From Cladosporium halotolerans (taxonomy: Eukaryota): a stretch of DNA of 64,000 nucleotides. The stretch lies in NCBI RefSeq assembly GCF_011745625.1, contig NW_027191453.1:248001-312000 (forward strand). Reading direction: 5' to 3'. Below, piece after piece: positions 37,365-49,307 of the stretch (positions are counted from its first letter, which is position 1; the number at the start of each line of letters is the position of its first letter). The notes under the pieces are model-generated. The model did no database searches. It was not told the origin of the DNA and was given only the letters and a program-made list of their open reading frames with translations. The position numbers and the translations under genes are program-made.

Positions 37365-38236
37365 GCTTTAGAGTTGCCTGCGCTTCAGGCGTCGGTGAGC
37401 CGGGTTAGGCACCGTCGTAGGCTGTGACTGAACGATATGATGTAGCGGTGGTAGGGTTGCGGTCAGAGTTCGCTTACAGTCACAGCTGCATCGGCGACCG
37501 TGGGAACGTGAGCAAGCATGTGACGAGGGCCGGTTACTGTTTGCTCCAAGAGTTAGCGATCTCGCACCAGGTGTTGCGTGTTTCAGTGAAAGGCGAGTAT
37601 GGTCTTTCGCAGTAGCAAAGGTCAAGTGGGCTCTTGCGACAAGCAGCAGCAGTGTGCAGTCACTCGGCGCCAGGCTGCAGCAGCGTGATGGCACAACAAG
37701 GTCCAAGGTTCGGTGGGTCTCGAGATAAGTGCGGCACCTGAAGCTTAGGCTCGCTCCGCGCGCGCTACTGCAGCGTGCGTGCGGAGGGGCGGCAAGCGGG
37801 CCAAGGGTCCGCGTCCGGCGAGCCTCCAAGGCCGAGGGGCATTATTGCGACAGCACAGCAGAATCAGCAGGCCAGTGTACCTTATTCTTCGAATTCTTGT
37901 AACGTGACACCTGCCCGAATACTCAATGATCGCTTCGATACAGCAAGAGGGGACTTGTCTTGTCGCATGGGCGGTCTGGTCGGGCATTTGAATCGACCCG
38001 CCCGGTTCTGCTCTCCGGCGCTATAAGCCTCAGCCGCTTGTTGCTCATGCATGCAGTCTGTGTTGCAGCCCATGGCCCCTGCCCCGACGTGGCGCGGTGG
38101 CTGCAGCTCTCGTTGTGCTGGCGTTGTCATACTTCTGGGGCCAGCTTGTGCGCCTCGGCCAAGTGCGATTGAGACTCTGGCGATGGAGATGCAAAAGTCT
38201 ACCCTGGCTGAGCTATTGGCATGCTTCATGTGCACA

Positions 38237-39412
38237 TTAGCTGGCTTTCGCAAACGAAGCAGCAACGATGAGAGGGAAGGCAATGGTCGCTTCAGCATAG
38301 ACCTGGTTGAAAGTCAGCAAAGCACATGAGCATGCGGGAGGAAACCGGTAACGACAAACCTTGACATTCTCGGCATCAGACTTGATCTTGCCCCAGCTGA
38401 CTGCTTCGTCAGGTCTAGCACCGGCGTCTGAGCCATCAAATTCCTGGCCGGTGTTGATGTAGACTGCGCTTTCGGCGCCATTGCGCATGAGGCAGGCGTT
38501 GGCGATGTGATGCTTGACAACACCGCCGCCCAGAATGATCATACCAGCCCGCTTAGCCTTGACAGCCATGGTGTTGATCTTCCTAATGTCTTCAACAATG
38601 TCGACGCGGAGTTGCTCTGGCGAAGACTTAAAAGTATGGAAGTAAAGCATGTCTCCGAGGCTGCCGTCTGTGAGTGCAGGGCAGAAGACAGGAATGTCAT
38701 TCTTCCAAGCCCAGTAGTACACAGATCGCTCATCGTTGATCTCCTTGCCCAGTCTGGCGATGATCTTGCTCGGCGTCCAGTAGAAAGGCTCGTCTGTTTT
38801 CTTGCTGGCCTCTTGTTCCTCAAGCATCGTGTCCAAAATAGGCACAATCCAGTCCTCGAAAGCACAGTAGTTGCTGTTGGGCACAAAGAGGTTGCCAATC
38901 CTGTTCATACCCTGCTTGCGTAGAGTTGCTCCCGCAGCAGTGAAAGTTCCCAGGTAAGTCGGAGCCAGGCATTTGATAAAATCCTCTTCCACGCCACCTG
39001 CTGTGGTCACAATGGCGGAGACGTGCTTGTGCTGCACAAGCCAACGCAAAGTCTCTCTCAAGCCCGAAGAGATCAGGTTGCTGGTGTATCCGAGGAAGAT
39101 GGTAGTCTTGTCCCCGGTCTCGGGGTCCCGCCACGTCCTCTGCAAAACACGAGATGACTCAGCTGGGGTCAAATGGAAAGATCACTACAATTTACATACC
39201 ATGCCGTCTACAATCTTTGCAGCTTGACCGATTGAGCTAGCCTGAAATCCCATCTGCGTCATATTCTCAACGAGCTGGGCCGCGGTGATGTCGCTGCCCT
39301 TGAAGTCATCGAAATCGAGACCTTTGACGGGCATTGCTCCCTCAGGCACCGGGTCCGAGGGCTTCAGCACAGCATCTGTTGCGCCAGAAGGCGCCGACCC
39401 ATTCGCAGCCAT
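38237..39412 (-). CDS. DYS1: Deoxyhypusine synthase; introns 39140-39199 and 38303-38359
   Basis: [41 protein letters not shown] and [18 protein letters not shown]. Confidence 0.97.
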
Positions 39413-41522
39413 CTTTGTTTCCTTGCTGAGAGCGTGCTAGGGGAATCCCGCAGATATGGCCCTTCGAGTACTTTTTTTTTCGATTTCGCTGATGTACCGT
39501 GAGGCTTGGCACAGAAAAGCCCCGGCCAGCGGAAGGTTTGAGACGAGTGGAGAGCTGGTCCCGCAGATTCTAGCGCGCCCACGCGGTGCACCCTTCCGGC
39601 CGCGTTGGATCCGCTGACAGCCACGGTGGCAGTTTGATCGAAATCCCACGCGCCAATCCCCGAGGCTTCGTCAACACAGATTCACGGGTGTTATGCATGC
39701 GATTTTTGGACGAATTACCATGCCCGCCACAATGATAGTCACAGTCTCACGACCTTGTAACCCGGTTGCACGGCATGCAGCAGAGCCGCGTGAGCACCTG
39801 AGTTTGCAGGCCCCGTCCACCGATTACCCGAAAGTCTGTGGCAGCACAACCATCCCTGTTCTCTGGGGTCAAAATCATGCACGCACTCTCTGTCTGACGG
39901 CAGCACCCTGACTCTTATTCAGATTGCGGAAAGGCTTCTCAGACGCCTATATATTATATGTTTACGGATCATTGTAGTATCATCACCTCTGGCCTTTCCT
40001 TGAGATGAAACGCAGTCGGAGAGCACACGAAAGAACATGCCACAGACTTTCACACAAACAGTGGGTCCTTGCGCAATGAAACGCGGGCAGTTTGGCCTTG
40101 TCGCTTGACGGCACGGGTAGGCGGGCGGTAGGCGCACGACCGTGGTCCTTGTCGAGCTTGTCCCAGATGCGCGCGCCTCCTCGATGTGGCACGCTCATCT
40201 CTGCATGCGCCGCCAGGATGTGGGCCCTTCGCCTAGGGCTACCTTACCTTACCTCACCGTCCGGCTTCGCCCAGACGGTGCAGGGAGGGCATGGGCATCC
40301 GGAGTGTACCTCAGCATTCTCCCACCGTCCTGGCATCACCCCCTCCACGGCGCATTCCAGCAGCCGCCGCCGCCCGGAGCCGGGCCCGTGGGCCGTGGGC
40401 GAAGACACGCAGACGCACGCCACGGCAAAAGCGAATCTGTGACGGGCGCTGCACATTTTCGCAGCGGTCGTGCCGGGGCGCCGGCCGGGCTGATTGGCGG
40501 CGCAGGCGTTCCTTGACGCCCTAGTCCCGGGATCTGCAGCAAAGGGAGAGGCAGTGGAGAGAGAACAGCAAGCCACGCGCCACACCACGGACGCTTCTGC
40601 TAGCGGCCCAGACGCACGACGCACGCACGCTTCCTCTCCCGCACTCGGGCCCTCGCGCGCGGTCTTGCGCCAGGCCCTGGTCATCATCGCTCGCATCGGT
40701 GCTTAGCTCGCTGGCGCTGCTGGCCCAGTGGCTCTAGTCCTCTAGTCCCAGGCTGCCGGCTGCGAGGAGTTGTGATGCCTCTGCGCGGACCTGCCTCTCT
40801 CCCTCCGACACCGTCGTCCGCGACTCCCAAACGCGCCCTCTGCTGCCCCCAAACGCGCCAAGCCGACATCCATCGTGACCGGCCGCCCGCCAGCGTCCGC
40901 CTGCTCGTTTTTGGCTGCCGCACTGCCTGCCGCCGCCGCGCTATCCCCTCCGCCAGATCGCTGCAGATTCCAGGCACTGCCGCCGGCCTGCTGATCCTGC
41001 AGGCGCCCAGCGAGAGAGGCCACGCCCAGCAGCAGCGCAGCAGCAGCAGCTCGCAGCGGCCGCACGCTTCTGCCCCCGGCAGCGACTCCAGACGACCGCG
41101 GCGTGTCTGTCGTCGAGCGCTGCGGCAGCGGACACGCATCGCCTTGCCATTTGCCTCCACGAACCGCCATTCGAGGTGTCTTGGTCCGAGCGCGCACCCG
41201 CCGCTACGGCAAGCTAGCCCTCCCGCTGCACCGCACCTTCAGATCCACGCCGTTCTGGCAGCGCTGTCGACCGCGAAACACGTCGTCGCTCACACCTCAC
41301 TTTGCACGTGTCGCCGCGTCGTCCTCTGCTCGCGCGCACGCTTGCAGCCTCGCCCGCCTCGTCAGCCTCGCCTTCACCCGCCGGCCGGGCTCCAGCATCA
41401 TTTCGGGCAGCCGCTGAAGGGTCTCGGCTCCTGACCGCGGTGGCGCTTGGCCCTTCCGCCTCACCTCACCTTACACCTTAGCGACGCGCATGGGAGCGAC
41501 CCATTACTGACCACGCCTGTCA

Positions 41523-44500
41523 ATGTCGCGCTATGCTCCGTCGGACTATCGTCCGGCTCGAGACCGCTCGCGCTCGCCGCCGCGCTTCGCCGACAGACGC
41601 ACTTCCGTCGCCTCTGTAGGATACGGCAGCCGCGCTTCAGACCTCACCCGAGGTGGCACAGACGCGCCTCGAGGCCCACGATCTCAATTTGATGGAGGCA
41701 GGCCGCCTCTCGGATCCGGCCCACCTGGCCCTGGTCCATCACGGGGGGGCTACGCCGGCCGTGGCGAAATTCGAGAATTGAGAGATGCTCCTCCTCTCGG
41801 CAGCAGTGATCGCGGACGGCCATTCAAAGACCGCGATTTCGACCGCCGTGAGCGCATGACATCTCCACGCGGCCGCTCACCTCCACGACCATTCCGCGAG
41901 TCACGAGACTTTCCACGCGAGCTCGACATCCCTCGCGCACGTCGAGGCTCCCGGGATGGCCCTCCTTCAGCTGGGTCGACCTACTCGGACGCGGCTGCGC
42001 CTTTCTCCTCTGCACCTCCATTCCGAGGCGGATTCGGCCGCGCTCGTGGCAGAGGTGACTTCGAGTTCCGTGGTGGACGCGGTGGCCGCAGGCCTCACGA
42101 TGACCGCGACCTATTTCGAAGAGATCGTTCACCGCCGCCGCCTGCTTCGCGCTGGCTGAGAGATGCGCGAGACATCTCACGTGACGCACGAGAGCCGGAA
42201 CGACGAGACGACAGGCGCTTTGACAGACGCGACGATGAGCGGCGTCCTGAGTGGTCTGACCGCGAACGCGATATTGATCGCACGAGACGAGATCCACCAC
42301 AGCCGCGCCTGGAGAATCGAGCTTCAAACGACTCACTTGCGAGTGGCTCGTCTCACCCGCCACCAGCGCCACATGTTAACCCAGATCGTCTGGCGTTACT
42401 AGAGAGCGCTGGTGCAGACACTTCAATACGGCGGCCCTCATTGACTCCAAGTGCATCGTCCACGCGTGAGCATCGACGCGAGCAACCAGAGATCCCGGCA
42501 TATTTGAATGGCCGTGCAGAGACAACGAACAACCGATACGGCTCTCGCGGCTCATCCCCACCTACACAGGCACCACCCGTCCCTGCCTTCACATTATCAT
42601 TTGGCACCTCCGCGCAAGGGGGTGCCCCCTCTCAGTCCGCTAGAGCGCCAGCCGAGCTCAAGCAGGCTCCATCTTCAAACGAGACCAATACTCAAGAGAC
42701 GTCTAGGCCTAGTGTTCCGGAGAAGCCCGCCGGTCCGACAGACGTCCCTACAGCACCAAAGTCAGCTTCTTTCGTATCGAAGCCGCAAGGTGCAGAGCCG
42801 CCGCCAGCAGCTCCGAAGGCGCCCAGAGCCTTAGGTCTTGACAGTGAACCTCCCGCAGCTCCTGCGCAAAGACTTCACACTTCGAGGTCTTGGGAGAGCA
42901 GCCATGCCAATGAAGCATCCGCTGCTCCTGGCTCTGGTGAGCCTTTTGGGTCGCAGAGTCGGCAGCATCCACCTGTTCCACCATCACCGAAGGCTGCCAA
43001 CAACCGACCGCCGCATGGGAACCAGCCACCATCTCCTGCAACACAGCACAGTGGTCGTTTCCCTGACATAGCTGCGCCAACGGGCCCGAAGGCCTCACGT
43101 ACCTTCCCAGCACAGCCCACAGTCTCTCCGCGCATGCCTTTCGCATCTCAGCCGGATGCTCCTAATGTTGCTAACCCTCCCGCATTCGCGAGACCAAAGA
43201 CACCGCCTCCGCCTACCGCACCATCAGGTCCGCGCAACCGCGCTTTCAGCGTATCTCCGAAGGTCTCAAGCACAGCTATCCCCACTGCGCCCAAAGCCAA
43301 CAGAGCGCCCCCACTCGCTCCAAGAGGGCTGGACAGAGGCCCTGCAGCTCCGCCTCGGGTACCTGAGCGCGGAAACCCAATGCAGCCAAGAGCGCCCCCC
43401 ACTGCACCCAGGGCAGCGCAATGGAACCAGTGGCGCAGACCTGGTGCTCCGCCAGATAGGTCAATTCCTGCCAAGAGAGATGTCACTGGCGAAGAGAAGA
43501 GAAGACCTTCCGTGGCTTCCTCGAACGCAGAATCTACTCACGAGCCGCAGCCTACCGTCAAACAGGAAGCCAGCGAACAAACAAAACCGTCTGACGGCAC
43601 CGTACCGCCGGCAGAGGCTGACCAGATGGAGGTGGACGATCAGGTGCAGCCTAGAAAGCCAAGGTTGTCCGTTGGACACTCAGCCCAGCAGTCGTTCTTC
43701 GGAAAACCTGTGGAGAAGTCAGCTGAAGACTCCAGCATGTCGGACGCTCCAGAAGAAGCGGTATCGTCAAGCGAAGACGACGATCTGGAGATCGAGGATC
43801 CTGCCCTCTTCGAAGCCAAGTTCGAGCGCCAGAAACGCGAGCTTGAGTCGCAACTAGTCGATCTGAGCTCGAAGAGCGTCAGAGCCACGACACCCTTGGA
43901 ATCCATTGCGAGGTTAGCTCGGGTTTCGACGAAAGATCTCGAGCGCTTCCGCGAACAGGGTCAAGAGATGGACCTCGATGGGCCGAAGCATGCTGCGGCC
44001 GAAAAGCAACCACCTTCTGACGAGAGCGAAGAGAGTGTTGTCACGCCTAAGGACGAAGAGAGCGCTTCTGTGGCTATTCAAGATGGTGAGGAGGACATGC
44101 CCTCCGCTAGGACCTTCCGCCAGCCCAGCCCAGAGGTCATCAATCTTCCTTACCTGTTCAAGGAGCCAGCGTCGTCATTCCGTGAGACCCACGAGTTTGG
44201 CAACACTCTCAAACGCCAGGAGGATAATAAAGAAGGGGTCATCTCCGCACTGAAGGACGAAATCGCAAGCGCCGAAGATGAAGAAGAGGATCTCGAAGCT
44301 GTCTTTGCCCAACACTATCGCCGATGGCGCGAAGAGTGTGAAAGCTTGGACAGGGAGAAGGAGGCAGAAGAGCGCGTCGAAAGGCAACAGTCCGACGAGC
44401 CTGGACCTGAGCCTGACGTCTCTCCAAACCCTGTGCCTTTAAGCTCCGCAGAAGGAAGACGACTTCACAAATTCAGCAGCGAGTATGAGTTCAAACAGGT

Positions 44501-47500
44501 GCTCAAACAATCCGAGGAAACCGCGAGGCTGGAGCAAGAAAAGCAGGATATCGAGCTCAAGAAATTGCAAGCGGACATGGAGAAGGAAGCCGTGGTTCCC
44601 GACCAACTGACCGCAAAGGATTTCCAGCGATCATGCTTCATCGACAACAACCGGCTTTGCGATCCCAAGTCGCTTACTCGTGTCTTCGCCTACCAGCCGC
44701 CTGCAGACAACTTCACAGACCACGAGCAGCAGATCTTCATTGCCGCTTACAAGGAGACGCCCAAGAAATGGAGCGAGATCGCCACTCTGCTGCCGGGACG
44801 CGCAGCCAGGGACTGCATTCGCCATTATTATGCCAACAAGTGGGACGGCCGATTCAAAGATAACCGTCGTAGGAAGGCGGCTTCTAGACGTGGTCGTGGC
44901 ACGAAAGGACCGCCTCGCGGCAAGGGCTCGGCTGCTATGGCTGATATGGCCAGGGCAGATGAACTTGTCCAAAACGTCTCGGACAGTGGAAGGCCCAAGC
45001 GTGCCGCCGCTCCGACGACTTTCGGCGAGCGTGAAGTGGATGCGAAGAATGCAATTCAAGGACAGTCGCCCGCGAAAAGAAATGGAGGCGCATCAAAGCA
45101 GGATGGTGATTCGGCTCCCGAAAAACAGGTCAAGCGTCGCAAGGGTGCTGGTGAGAAGCCAGGAAGGAAGCCAAAAGCCGCCCAGCAGCCACTTGCACAG
45201 ATAGCGGCAGCGCCATCCATGTCGCCAAACAATCGCTTCATTCAGGGCATGCCGCCAAAGGACGATCCGGCGATGATGCAGACCCTCGCTGACGCAAGCC
45301 TTCTTACGGGGTTCCACACTAGCAACCAAAATGTCCATCGCGAGCCTCATCCGGTTTACATTCAAGAGAGCTACCCACAGCCCATGCCTGCGCAAGAGGA
45401 GCCGGAGCGCAAGCCAGCGGCTGCTGCTGCACCCACCAAGCCGAGCGCATCCAGCTATTGGTCTGTGCCGGAACAGAACGACTTCGTCAAGTACATCGCC
45501 TACTTCGGCACGGACTTTGCCGCCATCGCTGCTCATATGGGCACTAAGACGCAGACAATGATTAAGAATCATTATCAGCGCCAGATCGATGGGGGTAACC
45601 GCGCCGATCTTGAAGACGCTGCAGTGGTGGCCAATGGACGTCGCGAGCGTGGCGAGGACATGGGCGCTCCGCCAACACCGACGCCTATCAACAAGCGCAA
45701 GTACGACAATCCAGGGCCAACCGTCCAGAGGAACCTTGCCCCGCAGGCAGACGCGATGGATGTGGACGAGGGACCTCCTGCGCCTCAAGCGCAAGCATCG
45801 AAGCACGCTTCGCCGCCTCAATTCTCTGTGCAGTCTCGCTTCGGTGGCTCTGCTCAGGCGACTCCCATCCAATCGTCTCGTGTTGCTCCAAGCCCTGCGC
45901 CGTCATCGGCTACGGTGACGCCTCTTGGACAGGCAGTGGCGACCGCAAGAAGCATGCAGCAGCAACAGCAGCAGCCTCTGGGCTCTCGCATGAGCATATT
46001 CGGGGAGACCAGGCCCGAGTCGCGCCCGGGATTGCCTGCTACATCATCATTCCGAACCTCACAGCAAAGCACTCCCACGGGTCAGTTGACGCAATCAAGC
46101 AGGACTGTCCAGGACGCCCACGACTCGGATTTCATTCGGACCTTGAAGGAGGAACAAGAACGAGCGATCCGGATGCAAGGCCAGTACGCGCAGCAGGAGC
46201 GACAAGAACGAATGGAACCCTTCCAGCACCGGGCTTCTCTTCAGCAGCCGCCAGCACACCGATCCCCGTCTAGCCAGCCTCTCGGTATGCTGCACGACCG
46301 GAAACCAATCTCTGAGGCGAGACCAGCGTCGCCTCCTAGAGGGTTCTTCCAGTCTTCGAATCCTGCGCGCAGGAGTATCGATTCGCCCGGCTTTAGCAGT
46401 CTAGCACCAGCTCCTGTATCCTCTCTTGCCAGCAGGATGTCGTTCAATCCATCACCTCCCAAGCGCGAGGAGCCTCGATCCAGCTCGGTCTTCTCTGCAC
46501 CGCCAGCGCCACCGGCAGCAACACCCGCGCCTCCACCAGAGGCCCCTAAGAGGTCAAATCTGCTCTCCATTCTGAACAATGATTCCGACGAGCCGAAGCC
46601 TCCACCGAAGCGGCCGACTGACCAGGCGATCTCAAGCAGCATGCCGCAGCGAACAGGTTCTCCAGCACAGCACCCTCTTGCAGCGACGCCTGCCACTCCA
46701 TCGCTCTCGAATATGGCGCCGTCGAGAAGGGAAGCTTTCGGGCAGCCGTCAGCACCGCCGCCGCAGACGCATTTGCAGCGTGGTCTGTTTGGTCAGCCGG
46801 CTAGTGGCCCCTCGCCTCCAACTGTCAAGCAAGAACCGCATCCGGTGGGCCAAGGTCTGCAGCAACAACCACCGCCTCCAAAGCAGGACTGGGCAGCAAG
46901 AGTCATGGGGCAAAGCTCCGAGCCGGTTCCTCCGAGTGCCAGCCCAGCACCAGCCTTGGAGAGGGAAGTACGTCCTTACTTCTCGCACCACCGTGCTTCG
47001 GCACTTGGTCCGTTGAGTGGACCTCAAAGACACAATCCCTCGCCGCCACCGCATGCGCTTATGCCCCACTCGCGGACTCCATCTCAATCAGGCCAGGGCT
47101 CAAACCAACCGCCGCGCGAACAAGGTCGTTACCTGCCAAACCAAGCGCAAGCTCCGCACCAAGTCGGCACTCCATCGGCCCAGCCACTCCAGCCTGTCGC
47201 CTACCCACCACCGCCGCCGCCCTTTTCGCAAGCACCGCCCAGCCAGGCCCAGAACCATGCGCACCATGCACACAACACGTCCATCGGTCGCCCGTTCAGT
47301 GCGATGCATCAGCGTACCATGAGCCGCGAAGATGCCCTTCGGCATGAACAGCAGGCCTTCGCAGCGCACCACCAAGCTCAGCAGCAAGCTCAACAAGCAC
47401 GCGAGCACGACTGGCGCCGAATGGAGGACGAGCGCCGCATGCGCGAAGACCAACGCCTGTACGAAGAGCGCCGCATGCAGGAGGAGCGCATGATGCACGA

Positions 47501-47921
47501 GCGCCGCATCCACGACGAGCGCGAAATGTCCGACGGCCGCCGCCGCGAAGCGGCCTACATGGCCGCGCAAGAGGAGCGCCACAGACAACAGCAGGGCTTC
47601 AGCGCCTCGCGCCCTGGCCCGCCGCCGCAGATGCACCCGACGCACCACCCCGGTCCTTCCGCGTACGACCAGGGCCAACCCCACGCGATGGGCATGGGCA
47701 GCCTCCGAGAGCAGAGCATGCGCGAGGCGCAGGACCTGATGCACCAGGAGCAGGAACGGCTGCGCAGAGACGCAGCGGCCTACAGGGACCACGAGCAGGC
47801 TGCCGAGCACGCGAGGAGAAGGCACGAGGAGGCCGTCTATCCGGCTAGGAGGACACCGTTGGGAATGGGAGGGTTTGGCGGGCCGCCTCCGGGGGCTCCG
47901 CCGGGGTCGGGAAGGAGGTGA
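41523..47921 (+). CDS. SNT1: Snt1 / N-CoR-like subunit of the Set3 deacetylase complex with two SANT domains
   Basis: Single 2132-aa ORF with SANT domains FTDHEQQIFIAAYKETPKKWSEIA..DCIRHYY and SSYWSVPEQNDF..YFGTDFAAIA..KTQTMIKNHY. Also an NLLSILN motif and extensive R/D- and P/Q-rich disorder. Confidence 0.88.
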   Translation: MSRYAPSDYRPARDRSRSPPRFADRRTSVASVGYGSRASDLTRGGTDAPRGPRSQFDGGRPPLGSGPPGPGPSRGGYAGRGEIRELRDAPPLGSSDRGRPFKDRDFDRRERMTSPRGRSPPRPFRESRDFPRELDIPRARRGSRDGPPSAGSTYSDAAAPFSSAPPFRGGFGRARGRGDFEFRGGRGGRRPHDDRDLFRRDRSPPPPASRWLRDARDISRDAREPERRDDRRFDRRDDERRPEWSDRERDIDRTRRDPPQPRLENRASNDSLASGSSHPPPAPHVNPDRLALLESAGADTSIRRPSLTPSASSTREHRREQPEIPAYLNGRAETTNNRYGSRGSSPPTQAPPVPAFTLSFGTSAQGGAPSQSARAPAELKQAPSSNETNTQETSRPSVPEKPAGPTDVPTAPKSASFVSKPQGAEPPPAAPKAPRALGLDSEPPAAPAQRLHTSRSWESSHANEASAAPGSGEPFGSQSRQHPPVPPSPKAANNRPPHGNQPPSPATQHSGRFPDIAAPTGPKASRTFPAQPTVSPRMPFASQPDAPNVANPPAFARPKTPPPPTAPSGPRNRAFSVSPKVSSTAIPTAPKANRAPPLAPRGLDRGPAAPPRVPERGNPMQPRAPPTAPRAAQWNQWRRPGAPPDRSIPAKRDVTGEEKRRPSVASSNAESTHEPQPTVKQEASEQTKPSDGTVPPAEADQMEVDDQVQPRKPRLSVGHSAQQSFFGKPVEKSAEDSSMSDAPEEAVSSSEDDDLEIEDPALFEAKFERQKRELESQLVDLSSKSVRATTPLESIARLARVSTKDLERFREQGQEMDLDGPKHAAAEKQPPSDESEESVVTPKDEESASVAIQDGEEDMPSARTFRQPSPEVINLPYLFKEPASSFRETHEFGNTLKRQEDNKEGVISALKDEIASAEDEEEDLEAVFAQHYRRWREECESLDREKEAEERVERQQSDEPGPEPDVSPNPVPLSSAEGRRLHKFSSEYEFKQVLKQSEETARLEQEKQDIELKKLQADMEKEAVVPDQLTAKDFQRSCFIDNNRLCDPKSLTRVFAYQPPADNFTDHEQQIFIAAYKETPKKWSEIATLLPGRAARDCIRHYYANKWDGRFKDNRRRKAASRRGRGTKGPPRGKGSAAMADMARADELVQNVSDSGRPKRAAAPTTFGEREVDAKNAIQGQSPAKRNGGASKQDGDSAPEKQVKRRKGAGEKPGRKPKAAQQPLAQIAAAPSMSPNNRFIQGMPPKDDPAMMQTLADASLLTGFHTSNQNVHREPHPVYIQESYPQPMPAQEEPERKPAAAAAPTKPSASSYWSVPEQNDFVKYIAYFGTDFAAIAAHMGTKTQTMIKNHYQRQIDGGNRADLEDAAVVANGRRERGEDMGAPPTPTPINKRKYDNPGPTVQRNLAPQADAMDVDEGPPAPQAQASKHASPPQFSVQSRFGGSAQATPIQSSRVAPSPAPSSATVTPLGQAVATARSMQQQQQQPLGSRMSIFGETRPESRPGLPATSSFRTSQQSTPTGQLTQSSRTVQDAHDSDFIRTLKEEQERAIRMQGQYAQQERQERMEPFQHRASLQQPPAHRSPSSQPLGMLHDRKPISEARPASPPRGFFQSSNPARRSIDSPGFSSLAPAPVSSLASRMSFNPSPPKREEPRSSSVFSAPPAPPAATPAPPPEAPKRSNLLSILNNDSDEPKPPPKRPTDQAISSSMPQRTGSPAQHPLAATPATPSLSNMAPSRREAFGQPSAPPPQTHLQRGLFGQPASGPSPPTVKQEPHPVGQGLQQQPPPPKQDWAARVMGQSSEPVPPSASPAPALEREVRPYFSHHRASALGPLSGPQRHNPSPPPHALMPHSRTPSQSGQGSNQPPREQGRYLPNQAQAPHQVGTPSAQPLQPVAYPPPPPPFSQAPPSQAQNHAHHAHNTSIGRPFSAMHQRTMSREDALRHEQQAFAAHHQAQQQAQQAREHDWRRMEDERRMREDQRLYEERRMQEERMMHERRIHDEREMSDGRRREAAYMAAQEERHRQQQGFSASRPGPPPQMHPTHHPGPSAYDQGQPHAMGMGSLREQSMREAQDLMHQEQERLRRDAAAYRDHEQAAEHARRRHEEAVYPARRTPLGMGGFGGPPPGAPPGSGRR

Positions 47922-48740
47922 TGGGATGGGGATAAAAGGAGGACCGTGTGAGGGCTTGTCGATGTACTGGATACCCCCTTGGGCTTCGTTGTATTGCATG
48001 GGTCGGTTGCCTTTTGTATGATTAGTCTTTTGTTATTATCAGCGTGATACAGCATTTTCATTTCATGACATTTGCAAACACATTTGGTCTCATTTCACTT
48101 GACAATATGGCACGGATCACTGCAGTCTCGAAGATTACTATTGCTATTCAGATGATGGTGAATCTCTAATTTGTTTGCATGATTTTAATTTAATCTTTGT
48201 CTGATACATCTACTTCACATTCACATGCAAGACCTAGTCTCCAACTCAAGTCACTGGGCATCACATGATCGTCCGCACAGCCTTCACCTTGCGCTCAAGA
48301 CGCAGGCACACATACTTTACATGTCACTGCCCAAACCCTTCCACTCCGCCCATCACCTCTTCCCTCTTCGGCCCTCCGCCTCTTCAACTCTCCCTCAACA
48401 TCTTCCCAACACCCACAACTACCTCAACAACATTCTCGCATCTTTACCGCACAACACCAACAACACCCAAACATCAACACCACGCAACAACAGCAACCAT
48501 GCCCGTCGTTTGGAACGCAGTTGAGGAATCGAGATCGGTTTTTCATGCGGTGCGGGCGGTTTTGCTGGTCGGGAGTTGCTTTGATTCGGCTGGCTTTCGT
48601 CGAGAATGTCGGCTGATGTGCTTCAACCCCTCGTGCCATAACCGGGTGGCTTGCGTTGGGTCATACCGGTGGCGGCTCTTCTGGCTCATCCAGGACCTGG
48701 CACTCACTGCGATGGTTCTTGCAATCATAAATGCTTTCAT

Positions 48741-49307
48741 TCAAAGTTTCGCTCTCGCTGCTCTCGCCTCCCATTCATGCGAGAAGCCCTTGAATCTATC
48801 CCTGCGCCAATCCTCGTAAAGCTTCTGTTTCCCTCGTCGATCACTCACAGTCAACTTCTCCTGCCAAACTCCCAGCTGCTCCATAAAACCCGGGTTGGGT
48901 GAACAAACAGGCCGTCCCTCGCAAACTTGCTCCAGCGCCGCATCTCTGTCAAACCCAAACTTCCACATCAGATACGCAATAATAGCCGTCGCAGACCTCG
49001 ACTTGCCCATGGCGCAGTGCACAAAGACGCCGCCACCAGATTCCAGCCCCTCGTTGATGAACTCGACCATCCTGTCGAAATGTTGCAGGAGGTCTTCGTT
49101 CGGGTCGTCTTCGATCTGGACGATCATGTGTGAGTAGTTTTGCGATTTGAGGAATTTTGAGGATTCGTTCAGCTCGTAGAAGTCGAAATCGATTACTGAT
49201 AATACGTGAGTGACGCCGGCGTCCTTGACCACGTTCTGCTGGTACAGGGCGTACAGGCCGCCGATGTAGAGAGCGCCGGCTCGTGGTATGCGGTCGATCC
49301 AGCCCAT
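48741..49307 (-). CDS. Atypical dual-specificity protein phosphatase (Yvh1/DUSP12-like catalytic domain only), C-terminal AKL
   Basis: LYIGG, the P-loop VFVHCAMGKSRSAT, AYLM and PNPGFMEQL. Ends ARAKL*. Confidence 0.92.
   Translation of the reverse strand: MGWIDRIPRAGALYIGGLYALYQQNVVKDAGVTHVLSVIDFDFYELNESSKFLKSQNYSHMIVQIEDDPNEDLLQHFDRMVEFINEGLESGGGVFVHCAMGKSRSATAIIAYLMWKFGFDRDAALEQVCEGRPVCSPNPGFMEQLGVWQEKLTVSDRRGKQKLYEDWRRDRFKGFSHEWEARAARAKL

Noticed and set aside
40244..41434. Several overlapping 150-220 aa ORFs between DYS1 and SNT1
   Set aside because: GC-rich divergent promoter and long leader; the Arg/Ala/Pro-rich translations are typical of non-coding DNA.
3696..47921. Co-occurrence of chromatin genes (INO80, WHIM1 protein, SNT1) and translation genes (BRX1, RPL33, RPL2, DYS1) as a functional cluster
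   Set aside because: They are interspersed with unrelated housekeeping genes; ordinary core-chromosome content explains it without synteny or co-expression evidence.
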